This document shows positions 36,566 through 49,588 of a DNA stretch of 64,000 nt, one piece after another. The stretch is taken from the NCBI RefSeq assembly GCF_003334405.1, contig NZ_QOWM01000002.1, one strand, 5' to 3'. Every line of letters starts with the position of its first letter. The first letter of the stretch is position 1. Below the pieces are notes generated by a model that worked only from the letters and a program-made list of their open reading frames with translations, was not told the origin of the DNA and did not search any database. Source of the DNA: Escherichia coli (GTDB lineage: Bacteria > Pseudomonadota > Gammaproteobacteria > Enterobacterales > Enterobacteriaceae). A program made the translations under genes and the position numbers.

Positions 36566-36895
36566 ATGACCACTCATGACCGCGTTCGTCTCCAGTTGCA
36601 GGCGCTTGAAGCGTTACTGCGTGAACATCAGCACTGGCGAAACGATGAACCCCAGCCGCATCAATTTAATAGTACCCAACCGTTCTTTATGGACACCATG
36701 GAACCACTGGAGTGGTTGCAGTGGGTGCTGATCCCGCGAATGCACGATTTGTTAGATAACAAACAGCCGTTACCGGGCGCTTTTGCCGTTGCACCCTATT
36801 ATGAAATGGCGCTGGCGACGGACCATCCGCAACGCGCGCTTATTCTGGCTGAGCTGGAAAAACTGGATGCTCTTTTTGCGGATGATGCGAGCTAA
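36566..36895 (+). CDS. yqcC: DUF446 protein YqcC
   Basis: 109-aa ORF. Its stop overlaps the truC start (TAATG). Confidence 0.82.
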   Translation: MTTHDRVRLQLQALEALLREHQHWRNDEPQPHQFNSTQPFFMDTMEPLEWLQWVLIPRMHDLLDNKQPLPGAFAVAPYYEMALATDHPQRALILAELEKLDALFADDAS

Positions 36896-37677
36896 TGCTG
36901 GAAATACTCTATCAGGATGAATGGCTGGTTGCGGTAAATAAACCCTCCGGCTGGCTGGTTCACCGCAGCTGGCTGGATCGCGACGAGAAAGTAGTGGTCA
37001 TGCAAACCGTGCGTGACCAGATAGGCCAGCATGTTTTTACTGCTCATCGTCTGGACCGACCCACTTCTGGTGTGTTGTTGATGGGATTATCCAGCGAGGC
37101 CGGACGGCTGCTGGCACAACAGTTTGAACAGCACCAAATCCAGAAACGTTACCATGCGATTGTGCGCGGCTGGTTGATGGAAGAAGCGGTGCTGGATTAT
37201 CCACTGGTGGAAGAACTGGACAAAATCGCTGATAAATTTGCCCGCGAAGATAAAGGCCCGCAGCCAGCAGTGACGCATTATCGCGGTCTGGCGACCGTAG
37301 AAATGCCGGTAGCGACCGGACGTTACCCGACCACGCGCTACGGCCTGGTGGAACTGGAGCCGAAAACCGGACGCAAACATCAGCTTCGCCGACATCTTGC
37401 CCATTTGCGTCATCCGATTATTGGCGATAGCAAACATGGCGATTTACGCCAGAATCGCAGCGGTGCTGAGCATTTTGGCCTCCAGCGGTTAATGCTACAT
37501 GCCAGTCAGTTGTCATTGACGCATCCTTTTACTGGCGAGCCGCTGACTATTCACGCGGGCCTGGACGACACCTGGATGCAGGCGTTATCACAATTTGGCT
37601 GGCGCGGTCTGCTTCCTGAAAATGAAAGGGTTGAGTTCAGTGCGCCATCGGGTCAGGATGGAGAGATAAGTTCCTAA
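36895..37677 (+). CDS. truC: tRNA pseudouridine65 synthase TruC
   Basis: 260-aa ORF, RluA-family pseudouridine synthase with catalytic HRLDRPTSG motif. Confidence 0.9.
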
Positions 37678-37694
37678 TCCAGGGAGAAAACGGT

Positions 37695-38144
37695 ATGGCG
37701 GAAATTGGTATTTTTGTCGGCACCATGTACGGGAATTCACTGTTAGTGGCCGAAGAAGCGGAAGCGATTCTGACCGCGCAGGGCCACAAAGCAACGGTAT
37801 TTGAAGATCCTGAATTAAGCGACTGGCTGCCCTATCAGGATAAGTATGTTCTGGTGGTTACGTCCACGACCGGGCAGGGCGACCTTCCTGATAGCATTGT
37901 GCCACTCTTTCAGGGAATCAAAGATAGTCTGGGCTTCCAGCCGAATCTGCGTTATGGCGTGATTGCGCTCGGCGACAGTAGTTATGTGAATTTCTGCAAT
38001 GGCGGCAAACAGTTCGATGCCTTGTTGCAGGAACAGAGCGCTCAGCGGGTTGGCGAAATGCTGTTGATTGACGCCAGTGAGAACCCGGAACCGGAAACGG
38101 AATCAAATCCGTGGGTCGAACAGTGGGGCACGCTGTTGTCCTGA
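37695..38144 (+). CDS. yqcA: Flavodoxin-like protein YqcA
   Basis: 149-aa ORF with flavodoxin signature ([11 protein letters not shown]). Confidence 0.88.
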
Positions 38145-38578
38145 TATGTTCAGCGAGCGGTAAATGTCGTTTTAGCGGTGCTGAATCGAATCTTTTCAGG
38201 CAAATGCCAGTAAAAACTGCTTCATAGCGCGGATTTTTACTGGCGTTTGCCTGGAGTCAAGCGATCCATTTCATACTCTTCTTTATTTCTTCGTTTTAAC
38301 CCTTCCTTTCTTGTTCTTGTTTTCATTTCCGTGAAGTGGATTCCACCGTCCAGGGCTAATGCCAAAATCGGGCCTCATTGAACGCATTAATGTTGTGTTG
38401 TTGCACGGTGAGCCGCTATGGCGCGCTTTTTATACTGCTATTGCCAGATATAAACACGCGCCGTATTCGGCGAACGACCTATAAAAACGGCAAAAAACAC
38501 CCTACGTCACCTCTGATTTCCTGGCGATGTCGCAGTCCAGAGTGAGCGTGGCTAACGCGAATTTTCAGGAGTGCAACA

Positions 38579-39931
38579 ATGAGTTCTTTAAGTCAGGCTG
38601 CGAGCAGTGTGGAAAAACGCACAAATGCTCGTTACTGGATAGTGGTGATGTTGTTTATCGTCACATCCTTCAACTACGGCGACCGCGCTACGCTCTCTAT
38701 CGCCGGTTCGGAAATGGCCAAAGATATCGGCCTTGATCCCGTGGGAATGGGCTATGTGTTCTCTGCTTTCTCATGGGCTTATGTTATCGGGCAGATCCCT
38801 GGTGGCTGGTTGCTGGACCGTTTTGGTTCAAAACGCGTCTACTTCTGGTCGATCTTTATCTGGTCGATGTTTACCTTGCTGCAAGGCTTCGTCGATATCT
38901 TTAGTGGATTCGGCATTATCGTTGCCCTGTTTACGCTGCGCTTCCTGGTCGGGCTTGCTGAAGCGCCATCTTTCCCCGGCAACAGTCGCATTGTTGCGGC
39001 CTGGTTTCCGGCGCAGGAAAGGGGAACGGCGGTGTCGATTTTTAACTCCGCTCAATACTTCGCAACGGTGATCTTCGCGCCGATTATGGGCTGGCTGACG
39101 CATGAAGTGGGCTGGTCACACGTCTTCTTCTTTATGGGCGGTCTGGGGATTGTCATCAGCTTTATCTGGTTGAAAGTCATCCACGAGCCAAATCAACATC
39201 CGGGGGTAAATAAGAAAGAGCTGGAGTACATCGCCGCGGGTGGTGCGCTGATCAATATGGATCAGCAAAACACCAAAGTTAAAGTGCCGTTCAGCGTGAA
39301 GTGGGGGCAGATCAAACAGCTGCTAGGGTCACGGATGATGATCGGCGTTTATATCGGTCAGTACTGTATCAACGCCCTGACTTACTTCTTTATTACCTGG
39401 TTCCCGGTTTATCTGGTGCAGGCACGCGGGATGTCGATTCTGAAAGCGGGCTTTGTGGCTTCCGTTCCGGCGGTTTGCGGTTTTATCGGCGGTGTGCTGG
39501 GTGGGATTATTTCCGACTGGCTGATGCGCCGCACGGGATCGCTGAACATTGCGCGTAAAACACCGATCGTAATGGGCATGTTGCTGTCGATGGTGATGGT
39601 GTTCTGCAACTACGTCAACGTTGAGTGGATGATCATCGGCTTTATGGCGCTGGCCTTCTTCGGTAAGGGCATCGGGGCGCTGGGTTGGGCAGTAATGGCA
39701 GATACCGCGCCAAAAGAGATCAGCGGTCTTTCCGGTGGCCTGTTCAACATGTTCGGTAACATTTCTGGCATCGTCACGCCAATCGCAATTGGTTATATCG
39801 TTGGCACGACTGGCTCGTTTAATGGGGCGCTGATTTATGTTGGTGTTCATGCCTTAATCGCGGTACTGAGCTACCTGGTGCTGGTGGGCGATATCAAGCG
39901 TATCGAGTTGAAACCTGTTGCGGGGCAATAA
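38579..39931 (+). CDS. gudP: Glucarate/galactarate MFS transporter GudP
   Basis: 450-aa ORF with multiple transmembrane segments. Confidence 0.9.
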   Translation: MSSLSQAASSVEKRTNARYWIVVMLFIVTSFNYGDRATLSIAGSEMAKDIGLDPVGMGYVFSAFSWAYVIGQIPGGWLLDRFGSKRVYFWSIFIWSMFTLLQGFVDIFSGFGIIVALFTLRFLVGLAEAPSFPGNSRIVAAWFPAQERGTAVSIFNSAQYFATVIFAPIMGWLTHEVGWSHVFFFMGGLGIVISFIWLKVIHEPNQHPGVNKKELEYIAAGGALINMDQQNTKVKVPFSVKWGQIKQLLGSRMMIGVYIGQYCINALTYFFITWFPVYLVQARGMSILKAGFVASVPAVCGFIGGVLGGIISDWLMRRTGSLNIARKTPIVMGMLLSMVMVFCNYVNVEWMIIGFMALAFFGKGIGALGWAVMADTAPKEISGLSGGLFNMFGNISGIVTPIAIGYIVGTTGSFNGALIYVGVHALIAVLSYLVLVGDIKRIELKPVAGQ

Positions 39932-39932
39932 G

Positions 39933-41273
39933 ATGGCGACACAATCCAGTCCTGTTATTACTGATATGAAAGTCATTCCGGTGGCCGGGCATGACAGCAT
40001 GTTGCTTAATATTGGTGGGGCACATAACGCATATTTCACCCGCAATATTGTGGTACTCACCGATAACGCCGGGCATACCGGCATTGGTGAAGCGCCGGGC
40101 GGAGATGTGATTTATCAGACGCTTGTCGATGCTATTCCGATGGTTCTGGGCCAGGAAGTTGCGCGACTGAATAAAGTGGTCCAGCAGGTGCATAAAGGTA
40201 ATCAGGCCGCCGATTTTGATACCTTCGGTAAAGGTGCCTGGACCTTTGAATTACGCGTTAACGCCGTGGCGGCGCTGGAAGCCGCTTTGCTTGACCTGCT
40301 AGGTAAGGCGCTGAATGTTCCGGTCTGCGAACTGTTAGGGCCAGGCAAGCAACGCGAGGCTATTACCGTCCTCGGTTATCTGTTTTATATCGGTGATCGG
40401 ACCAAAACCGATCTTCCTTATGTGGAAAATACGCCGGGCAACCATGAGTGGTATCAGTTGCGGCATCAGAAAGCAATGAACAGCGAAGCCGTTGTGCGTC
40501 TGGCGGAAGCCTCACAGGATCGCTACGGCTTTAAAGATTTCAAACTTAAGGGCGGCGTGTTACCTGGCGAGCAAGAAATCGACACTGTTCGTGCATTGAA
40601 GAAACGCTTCCCGGATGCGCGGATTACCGTTGATCCCAACGGTGCATGGCTGCTTGATGAAGCCATTTCTTTATGCAAAGGGCTGAATGATGTTCTTACC
40701 TATGCCGAAGATCCATGCGGCGCAGAACAGGGCTTCTCCGGACGTGAAGTGATGGCGGAATTTCGACGGGCGACCGGCTTGCCCGTCGCGACTAACATGA
40801 TCGCCACCAACTGGCGCGAAATGGGTCATGCGGTGATGCTCAATGCGGTAGATATTCCACTTGCCGATCCGCACTTCTGGACGCTTTCCGGTGCAGTCCG
40901 TGTGGCGCAGCTTTGCGACGACTGGGGGCTGACCTGGGGCTGCCATTCTAATAACCATTTCGATATCTCTCTGGCGATGTTTACCCATGTGGGCGCGGCG
41001 GCACCGGGTAATCCTACCGCTATCGATACCCACTGGATTTGGCAGGAGGGCGATTGTCGCCTGACCCAAAATCCGCTGGAGATTAAAAACGGAAAAATTG
41101 CCGTTCCTGATGCGCCCGGTCTGGGCGTGGAACTGGACTGGGAACAGGTACAAAAGGCACATGAGGCCTATAAACGTCTGCCTGGCGGTGCGCGTAACGA
41201 CGCAGGTCCGATGCAGTACCTGATCCCCGGCTGGACCTTTGACCGTAAACGTCCCGTTTTCGGCCGTCATTGA
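39933..41273 (+). CDS. gudX: Glucarate dehydratase-related protein GudX (enolase superfamily)
   Basis: ORF 39918..41273. Start placed at [22 protein letters not shown], giving 446 aa. Paralogous to the next ORF. Confidence 0.88.
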   Translation: MATQSSPVITDMKVIPVAGHDSMLLNIGGAHNAYFTRNIVVLTDNAGHTGIGEAPGGDVIYQTLVDAIPMVLGQEVARLNKVVQQVHKGNQAADFDTFGKGAWTFELRVNAVAALEAALLDLLGKALNVPVCELLGPGKQREAITVLGYLFYIGDRTKTDLPYVENTPGNHEWYQLRHQKAMNSEAVVRLAEASQDRYGFKDFKLKGGVLPGEQEIDTVRALKKRFPDARITVDPNGAWLLDEAISLCKGLNDVLTYAEDPCGAEQGFSGREVMAEFRRATGLPVATNMIATNWREMGHAVMLNAVDIPLADPHFWTLSGAVRVAQLCDDWGLTWGCHSNNHFDISLAMFTHVGAAAPGNPTAIDTHWIWQEGDCRLTQNPLEIKNGKIAVPDAPGLGVELDWEQVQKAHEAYKRLPGGARNDAGPMQYLIPGWTFDRKRPVFGRH

Positions 41274-41293
41274 TTCTGAAAAAGGACATAAAT

Positions 41294-42634
41294 ATGAGTT
41301 CTCAATTTACGACGCCTGTTGTTACTGAAATGCAGGTTATCCCGGTGGCGGGTCATGACAGTATGCTGATGAATCTGAGTGGTGCACACGCACCGTTCTT
41401 TACGCGTAATATTGTGATTATCAAAGATAATTCTGGTCACACTGGCGTAGGGGAAATTCCCGGCGGCGAGAAAATCCGTAAAACGCTGGAAGATGCGATT
41501 CCGCTGGTGGTAGGTAAAACGCTGGGTGAATACAAAAACGTTCTGACGCTGGTGCGTAATACTTTTGCCGATCGTGATGCTGGTGGGCGCGGTTTGCAGA
41601 CATTTGACCTACGTACCACTATTCATGTAGTTACCGGGATAGAAGCGGCAATGCTGGATCTGCTGGGGCAGCATCTGGGGGTAAACGTGGCATCGCTGCT
41701 GGGCGATGGTCAACAGCGTAGCGAAGTCGAAATGCTCGGTTATCTGTTCTTCGTCGGTAATCGCAAAGCCACGCCGCTGCCGTATCAAAGCCAGCCGGAT
41801 GACTCATGCGACTGGTATCGCCTGCGTCATGAAGAAGCGATGACGCCGGATGCGGTGGTGCGCCTGGCGGAAGCGGCATATGAAAAATATGGCTTCAACG
41901 ATTTCAAACTGAAGGGCGGTGTACTGGCCGGGGAAGAAGAGGCCGAGTCTATTGTGGCACTGGCGCAACGCTTCCCGCAGGCGCGTATTACGCTCGATCC
42001 TAACGGTGCCTGGTCGCTGAACGAAGCGATTAAAATCGGTAAATACCTGAAAGGTTCGCTGGCTTATGCAGAAGATCCGTGTGGTGCGGAGCAAGGTTTC
42101 TCCGGGCGTGAAGTGATGGCAGAGTTCCGTCGCGCGACAGGTCTACCGACTGCAACCAATATGATCGCCACCGACTGGCGGCAAATGGGCCATACGCTCT
42201 CCCTGCAATCCGTTGATATCCCGCTGGCGGATCCGCATTTCTGGACAATGCAAGGTTCGGTACGTGTGGCGCAAATGTGCCATGAATTTGGCCTGACCTG
42301 GGGTTCACACTCTAACAACCACTTCGATATTTCCCTGGCGATGTTTACCCATGTTGCCGCCGCTGCACCGGGTAAAATTACTGCTATTGATACGCACTGG
42401 ATTTGGCAGGAAGGCAATCAGCGCCTGACCAAAGAACCGTTTGAGATCAAAGGCGGGCTGGTACAGGTGCCAGAAAAACCGGGGCTGGGTGTAGAAATCG
42501 ATATGGATCAAGTGATGAAAGCCCATGAGCTGTATCAGAAACACGGGCTTGGCGCGCGTGACGATGCGATGGGAATGCAGTATCTGATTCCTGGCTGGAC
42601 GTTCGATAACAAGCGCCCGTGCATGGTGCGTTAA
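41294..42634 (+). CDS. gudD: D-glucarate dehydratase GudD
   Basis: ORF 41270..42634. Start placed at [23 protein letters not shown], giving 446 aa. Strong similarity to the upstream paralogue is visible directly. Confidence 0.9.
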   Translation: MSSQFTTPVVTEMQVIPVAGHDSMLMNLSGAHAPFFTRNIVIIKDNSGHTGVGEIPGGEKIRKTLEDAIPLVVGKTLGEYKNVLTLVRNTFADRDAGGRGLQTFDLRTTIHVVTGIEAAMLDLLGQHLGVNVASLLGDGQQRSEVEMLGYLFFVGNRKATPLPYQSQPDDSCDWYRLRHEEAMTPDAVVRLAEAAYEKYGFNDFKLKGGVLAGEEEAESIVALAQRFPQARITLDPNGAWSLNEAIKIGKYLKGSLAYAEDPCGAEQGFSGREVMAEFRRATGLPTATNMIATDWRQMGHTLSLQSVDIPLADPHFWTMQGSVRVAQMCHEFGLTWGSHSNNHFDISLAMFTHVAAAAPGKITAIDTHWIWQEGNQRLTKEPFEIKGGLVQVPEKPGLGVEIDMDQVMKAHELYQKHGLGARDDAMGMQYLIPGWTFDNKRPCMVR

Positions 42635-42757
42635 GACAGAAAACCAAAACCGGCTCTATCTGGAGTCGGTTTGAGACTGATGCTAAACGCAAAATAGCCT
42701 GTTGTGCTATGTATCAGGTCTACATCATTTTTTAATTCATTGAATTTAATTGGTTTT

Positions 42758-42791
42758 GTAGGCCGGATAAGGCGTTAACGCCGCATCCGGC
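42758..42791. repeat. REP element between convergent gudD and barA
   Basis: gtaggccggataaggcgttaacgccgcatccggc is the reverse complement of a canonical REP. Confidence 0.6.
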
Positions 42792-42865
42792 ATAAACACA
42801 GGCACTTTGTCACCAATCTGAAACCAGCGTCATAAAAAGCCGATTGCTACTCGACAAGACATCCA

Positions 42866-45622
42866 TTACCCGAGAATTTTGCTGGCTTCGCGCGCGACAT
42901 TATCCATCTCGTCCAACAGTTCCAGCAGCTCCGGTTCCAAATCTTCTTCTTTAGTACCGCTACGTAGCTGTTGTTCGATCAGTTGGCAGAGATTCTTCAT
43001 ACGTGGCACACCGCTATAGCCGCAACTGCCATGCAGTTTATGAATCAAATCAACCAGGCCTTCCGGGTTTTCTCCAACCAGCTGTTCCTCAACTTTGTTG
43101 CGAACTTCAGGCAGGAAATCGAGTAACATTTGCAGCATATCGCGCGCTAAATCGGTTTTTCCTGCTGCCTGGCGTAGTGCCAGTTGCCAGTCGAGGGTCG
43201 CATTCGGGTTCACCACAATTTCGTTGACTTCGGGCGTCACGACGCGAGAGGAAATACCGCTGCCAGGCTTGTAGCGCAACAACAAATTATGCAATCGCTC
43301 TTCTTCAATCGGTTTCGCCAGATAATCGCTCATCCCTGCGCCAAGCAGCTTCTCTTTTTGCCCGGCCATTGCATGCGCCGTTACCGCGATAACCGGCGTT
43401 TGTTGCTGATGCGGGAGTTGGTGGATGAGTTCGCAGGCCCGAATGCCATCCATGTCCGGCATTTGAATATCCATTAAGATCAAATCGAACGGCATCTGTT
43501 TCGCCCGTTCAACCGCCTGATGCCCGCTATCGCAAAGTTCCACATGTTGCACCATATCTTCCAGCAATGCGCCGATAAGTTTCAGGTTAGCGGGGTTGTC
43601 ATCAACCGCCATGACTGTCATTGCCAGCTTACTTTCATCGGTTACAGGCAAAAGCGTGTTTTGTTTGTGATGACAAAATTCCGTCAGGGCAGGCAACAGG
43701 CGTGTAGGTGTTAATGGTTTCAGCAGACACGCGCCGATACCATCTTGCTTGAGTTTTTCAGCATTGACTTGTGCATGGCAAGGAAGTGCCAGCATCAGGA
43801 AATCGGTCATCGATACCGCTTTCGCTAATCGCTCATGTTGCATTGTTAGCGGCTCGCGGAAGGTCACCGCGATGCCTAACAACATCATGTCGTAATGCGC
43901 GGGAGGCAGCGCGGAGAACGTTGGGCTATAAACCACTTCCAGCGGCGTTTCACTTAAAATATCCAGCGTGCATTGCGCTGCTGCGGAGTTTGGTTCGACA
44001 TAGGCCAGGCGCTTACCTGCGAGGCACTGGGTGGATGGCCCTTCGATAATAATGTTCGGGTTCAGATCGAGATTAATGTGGAACCAGAAAGTTGAACCGC
44101 GATTCGGCTGGCTATGGAACGAAATATCGCCGCCCATTTCATTAACCAGTTTTTGTGTAATCACCAGCCCCAGCCCGGTGCCACCATGACGGCGGGAAAT
44201 ACTGGCATCAGCCTGTCGGAAGGCCTGGAATAAGCGCGATTGATCGCGTTCAGGAATACCAATGCCGGTATCCCGAATCTGCACTTCAATCTGCACTTTG
44301 GTATTACTCAGCGCACGTTTTTCTACCAGAATATCAATGTTGCCATTCTCGGTGAATTTAATTGCATTCCCCACCAGGTTAGTGATGATTTGCTGTAATC
44401 GCAGCGGGTCGCCGATCACGTTATCAGGCACGTCGCTTTTAATATTGAGCGTCAGTTCTAACCCTTTATCGTGAGAAGAATGTGCCAGCAGAGTAACGAC
44501 TTCATCCAGCGTGCTGCGTAGTGGGAATGGAATACTTTCCAGAATCAGCTTACCTGCTTCCAGTTTCGAGAAGTCGAGAACATCATTAATAATTGCCAGC
44601 AAATTATTTGCCGAACGTTCAATCGTATTCAGGTGATCGCGCTGCGTTGGTGTTAATTCTGTTTTCAGCGTCAGGCGGGTAAAGCCAATAACACCATTCA
44701 GTGGTGTACGCAGCTCGTGTGACATATTTGCCAGAAACTCGGATTTAATACGCGCCGCTTCCTGGGCGCGCTTTTTCGCCAGATCTAACTCAACGTTCTG
44801 AATTTCCATCTGCTCCAGCGTTTCACGCAGATCGGACGTCGCCTGGTCGATATTGTGCTGCATCTCTTCGTGATAAGCAGCCAGCGACATTGCCATCGAG
44901 TTGATACCGTTTTTCAGCATATCCAGCTCGCCGAGCATAAATCCTTCCACCCGGCTGTCGAGTTGCCCGCGACGGATGCGGTCGACGGTATTCACCATGT
45001 TGCGAATCGGACCGGTTACATCGCGCATTAAGCGCCAGCCAAAAATAAGCGCAATACCGATACAAAACAGCATCATCACGCTGGAAATAAAGATCTCTTT
45101 ATATTGCTGCAAGCGAACCGATTTAAGATCCAGCTCCAGCGCAATATATCCCAACATATTTTGACTATTTTTGGCATCGCTACTGGGCGATTCGTCGGGG
45201 GAGTAACTCTCAGAAATAATCGGCGTGCGGAGGATCATAATATCGCCGTCACGAGTGACAGTGAGCTGGCGAGGAAACGGCACGTTGCTGCCGAGCTGCA
45301 TTGATGAGGGATCAAGATGAAAATTGGAGGTGACAAAGAGTCGGTTATTTTCATCATAAACCGAAATCGCGCGAACAATATCGGAATGGCGACGATGCAG
45401 TACGCTTATTAACTGACCGATAGATTCGCGATTTTGCAGGCTCATGCCATATTCAGTAGAAACTGCAAGCGGCTCAATAATGCTGGCACCGGCATCTTCC
45501 AGTTGACGCTGCAAGTCGTTATAGCGATGCACGACGAAAAAGATACTCAGCAATAAACCAATAAGGACGGTCGGTGCCAGGATCAGAATCATCATGCGTG
45601 CGCGCAGGCTGTAGTTGGTCAT
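42866..45622 (-). CDS. barA: Hybrid sensor histidine kinase BarA (HAMP, HisKA/HATPase, receiver, HPt)
   Basis: 918-aa ORF with H-box (SHELRTPLN), a receiver region ([12 protein letters not shown]) and C-terminal HPt region. Confidence 0.93.
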
Positions 45623-45678
45623 GGAGTTCCGTTATGGGACAATTAAGGTCACACTGTTAAATTGAGAAAGTCTCGCCA

Positions 45679-46980
45679 ATGGCGCAATTCTACTCTGCAA
45701 AACGACGCACGACGACGCGTCAGATCATAACCGTTTCAGTCAACGACCTCGACTCTTTTGGTCAGGGCGTGGCGCGACATAACGGCAAAACGCTATTTAT
45801 CCCCGGATTATTGCCGCAGGAAAACGCGGAAGTTACTGTTACTGAAGATAAAAAACAGTATGCCCGCGCTAAAGTCGTACGCCGGTTAAGCGATAGCCCG
45901 GAACGCGAAACGCCACGCTGTCCTCATTTTGGCGTATGCGGTGGCTGTCAGCAACAACACGCCAGCGTGGATTTACAGCAGCGAAGCAAAAGTGCGGCAC
46001 TCGCCCGATTAATGAAACACGATGTCTCTGAAGTGATCGCCGATGTTCCCTGGGGCTATCGCCGTCGCGCGCGTTTAAGTCTGAACTACTTACCGAAAAC
46101 ACAGCAACTTCAGATGGGGTTTCGCAAAGCGGGCTCCAGTGACATTGTCGACGTCAAACAATGCCCCATTTTAGCGCCCCAACTTGAAGCATTGCTGCCC
46201 AAAGTCAGGGCATGTCTGGGCAGCTTACAAGCTATGCGCCATCTTGGTCATGTTGAACTGGTACAGGCAACCAGCGGCACGCTGATGATTTTGCGCCATA
46301 CCGCACCGCTAAGTTCGGCAGATCGCGAAAAACTGGAACGCTTTTCGCATTCTGAAGGCCTGGATCTGTATCTCGCCCCCGATAGTGAGATACTCGAAAC
46401 CGTCTCTGGTGAGATGCCCTGGTATGACTCAAACGGGTTGCGCTTAACTTTTAGCCCGCGCGATTTTATTCAGGTCAATGCGGGTGTGAACCAAAAAATG
46501 GTAGCGCGTGCGTTGGAATGGCTGGATGTGCAACCTGAAGATCGCGTACTGGATCTGTTCTGCGGTATGGGCAACTTTACACTGCCATTGGCGACACAAG
46601 CTGCCAGTGTGGTCGGTGTAGAAGGTGTTCCGGCGCTGGTGGAAAAAGGCCAGCAGAATGCGCGTCTTAATGGCTTACAGAATGTGACGTTTTATCACGA
46701 AAATCTTGAAGAAGATGTCACAAAGCAGCCGTGGGCGAAAAACGGCTTCGATAAAGTGTTGCTGGACCCGGCGCGAGCAGGTGCCGCAGGTGTTATGCAG
46801 CAAATTATAAAACTGGAACCTATTCGTATAGTTTATGTATCCTGTAACCCTGCAACGCTGGCTCGGGATAGCGAAGCGTTATTAAAAGCAGGATATACCA
46901 TTGCGCGACTGGCGATGCTGGATATGTTCCCACACACGGGACATCTGGAATCGATGGTACTTTTCTCGCGCGTTAAATAG
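45679..46980 (+). CDS. rlmD: 23S rRNA (uracil1939-C5)-methyltransferase RlmD
   Basis: 433-aa ORF with an Fe-S cysteine cluster ([11 protein letters not shown]) and a SAM-methyltransferase region ([14 protein letters not shown]). Confidence 0.9.
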
Positions 46981-47027
46981 TTGCGATTTGCCGATTTCGG
47001 CAGGTCTGGTCCCTAAAGGAGAGGACG

Positions 47028-49262
47028 ATGGTTGCGGTAAGAAGTGCACATATCAATAAGGCTGGTGAATTTGATCCGGAAAAATGGATCGCAAGTCTGG
47101 GTATTACCAGCCAGAAGTCGTGTGAGTGCTTAGCCGAAACCTGGGCGTATTGTCTGCAACAGACGCAGGGGCATCCGGATGCCAGTCTGTTATTGTGGCG
47201 TGGTGTTGAGATGGTGGAGATCCTCTCGACATTAAGTATGGACATTGACACGCTGCGGGCGGCGCTGCTTTTCCCTCTGGCGGATGCCAACGTAGTCAGC
47301 GAAGATGTGCTGCGTGAGAGCGTCGGTAAGTCGGTCGTTAACCTTATTCACGGCGTGCGTGATATGGCGGCGATCCGCCAGCTGAAAGCGACGCACACTG
47401 ATTCTGTTTCCTCCGAACAGGTCGATAACGTTCGCCGGATGTTATTGGCGATGGTCGATGATTTTCGCTGCGTAGTCATCAAACTGGCGGAGCGTATTGC
47501 TCATCTGCGCGAAGTAAAAGATGCGCCGGAAGATGAACGTGTACTGGCGGCAAAAGAGTGTACCAACATCTACGCACCGCTGGCTAACCGTCTCGGAATC
47601 GGACAACTGAAATGGGAACTGGAAGATTACTGCTTCCGTTACCTCCATCCAACCGAATACAAACGAATTGCCAAACTGCTGCATGAACGGCGTCTCGACC
47701 GCGAACACTACATCGAAGAGTTCGTTGGTCATCTGCGCGCTGAGATGAAAGCTGAAGGCGTTAAAGCGGAAGTGTATGGTCGTCCGAAACACATCTACAG
47801 CATCTGGCGTAAAATGCAGAAAAAGAACCTCGCCTTTGATGAGCTGTTTGATGTGCGTGCGGTACGTATTGTCGCCGAGCGTTTACAGGATTGCTATGCC
47901 GCACTGGGGATAGTGCACACTCACTATCGCCACCTGCCGGATGAGTTTGACGATTACGTCGCTAACCCGAAACCAAACGGTTATCAGTCTATTCATACCG
48001 TGGTTCTGGGGCCGGGTGGAAAAACCGTTGAGATCCAAATCCGCACCAAACAGATGCATGAAGATGCAGAGTTGGGTGTTGCTGCGCACTGGAAATATAA
48101 AGAGGGCGCGGCTGCTGGCGGCGCACGTTCGGGACATGAAGACCGGATTGCCTGGCTGCGTAAACTGATTGCGTGGCAGGAAGAGATGGCTGATTCCGGC
48201 GAAATGCTCGACGAAGTACGTAGTCAGGTCTTTGACGACCGGGTGTACGTCTTTACGCCGAAAGGTGATGTCGTTGATTTGCCTGCGGGATCAACGCCGC
48301 TGGACTTCGCTTACCACATCCACAGTGATGTCGGACACCGCTGCATCGGGGCAAAAATTGGCGGGCGCATTGTGCCGTTCACCTACCAGCTGCAGATGGG
48401 CGACCAGATTGAAATTATCACCCAGAAACAGCCGAACCCCAGCCGTGACTGGTTAAACCCAAACCTCGGTTACGTCACAACCAGCCGTGGGCGTTCGAAA
48501 ATTCACGCCTGGTTCCGTAAACAGGACCGTGACAAAAACATTCTGGCTGGGCGGCAAATCCTTGACGACGAGCTGGAACATCTGGGGATCAGCCTGAAAG
48601 AAGCAGAAAAACATCTGCTGCCGCGTTACAACTTCAATGATGTCGACGAGTTGCTGGCGGCGATTGGTGGCGGGGATATCCGTCTCAATCAGATGGTGAA
48701 CTTCCTGCAATCGCAATTTAATAAGCCGAGTGCCGAAGAGCAGGACGCCGCCGCGCTGAAGCAACTTCAGCAAAAAAGCTACACGCCGCAAAACCGCAGT
48801 AAAGATAACGGTCGCGTGGTAGTCGAAGGTGTTGGCAACCTGATGCACCACATCGCGCGCTGCTGCCAGCCGATTCCTGGAGATGAGATTGTCGGCTTCA
48901 TTACCCAGGGGCGCGGTATTTCAGTACACCGCGCCGATTGCGAACAACTGGCGGAACTGCGCTCCCATGCGCCAGAACGCATTGTTGACGCGGTATGGGG
49001 TGAGAGCTACTCCGCCGGATATTCGCTGGTGGTCCGCGTGGTAGCTAATGATCGTAGTGGGTTGTTACGTGATATCACGACCATTCTCGCCAACGAGAAG
49101 GTGAACGTGCTTGGCGTTGCCAGCCGTAGCGACACCAAACAGCAACTGGCGACCATCGACATGACCATTGAGATTTACAACCTGCAAGTGCTGGGGCGCG
49201 TGCTGGGTAAACTCAACCAGGTGCCGGATGTTATCGACGCGCGTCGGTTGCACGGGAGTTAG
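47028..49262 (+). CDS. relA: GTP pyrophosphokinase RelA, (p)ppGpp synthetase I
   Basis: 744-aa ORF with RelA/SpoT synthetase domain and TGS/ACT C-terminal regions. Confidence 0.93.
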   Translation: MVAVRSAHINKAGEFDPEKWIASLGITSQKSCECLAETWAYCLQQTQGHPDASLLLWRGVEMVEILSTLSMDIDTLRAALLFPLADANVVSEDVLRESVGKSVVNLIHGVRDMAAIRQLKATHTDSVSSEQVDNVRRMLLAMVDDFRCVVIKLAERIAHLREVKDAPEDERVLAAKECTNIYAPLANRLGIGQLKWELEDYCFRYLHPTEYKRIAKLLHERRLDREHYIEEFVGHLRAEMKAEGVKAEVYGRPKHIYSIWRKMQKKNLAFDELFDVRAVRIVAERLQDCYAALGIVHTHYRHLPDEFDDYVANPKPNGYQSIHTVVLGPGGKTVEIQIRTKQMHEDAELGVAAHWKYKEGAAAGGARSGHEDRIAWLRKLIAWQEEMADSGEMLDEVRSQVFDDRVYVFTPKGDVVDLPAGSTPLDFAYHIHSDVGHRCIGAKIGGRIVPFTYQLQMGDQIEIITQKQPNPSRDWLNPNLGYVTTSRGRSKIHAWFRKQDRDKNILAGRQILDDELEHLGISLKEAEKHLLPRYNFNDVDELLAAIGGGDIRLNQMVNFLQSQFNKPSAEEQDAAALKQLQQKSYTPQNRSKDNGRVVVEGVGNLMHHIARCCQPIPGDEIVGFITQGRGISVHRADCEQLAELRSHAPERIVDAVWGESYSAGYSLVVRVVANDRSGLLRDITTILANEKVNVLGVASRSDTKQQLATIDMTIEIYNLQVLGRVLGKLNQVPDVIDARRLHGS

Positions 49263-49275
49263 GCCGAAATTTGCT

Positions 49276-49320
49276 CGTATCTACAATGTAGATTGATATA
49301 TACTGTATCTACATATGATA
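49276..49320. promoter_or_regulatory. mazEF promoter/operator with overlapping palindromes
   Basis: Palindromic atctacaatgtagat and related atctacat half-sites lie 20-65 bp upstream of the mazE ATG. Confidence 0.55.
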
Positions 49321-49339
49321 GCGGTTTGAGGAAAGGGTT

Positions 49340-49588
49340 ATGATCCACAGTAGCGTAAAGCGTTGGGGAAATTCACCGGCGGTGCGGATCCCGGCTACGT
49401 TAATGCAGGCGCTCAATCTGAATATTGATGATGAAGTGAAGATTGACCTGGTGGATGGCAAATTAATTATTGAGCCAGTGCGTAAAGAGCCCGTATTTAC
49501 GCTTGCTGAACTGGTCAACGACATCACGCCGGAAAACCTCCACGAGAATATCGACTGGGGAGAGCCGAAAGATAAGGAAGTCTGGTAA
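49340..49588 (+). CDS. mazE: Antitoxin MazE (type II toxin-antitoxin)
   Basis: 82-aa ORF beginning [25 protein letters not shown]. Its stop overlaps the mazF ATG. Confidence 0.92.

Noticed and set aside
36097-36577. Two short minus-strand ORFs (62 and 71 aa)
   Set aside because: They overlap the csrB sRNA. The reiterated GGA motifs create open frames by chance.
38237-38326. 29-codon minus-strand ORF (MKTRTRKEGLKRRNKEEYEMDRLTPGKRQ) in the yqcA-gudP spacer
   Set aside because: No convincing SD, highly charged low-complexity sequence and no recognisable family. It could be a small protein, but the sequence alone gives no support.
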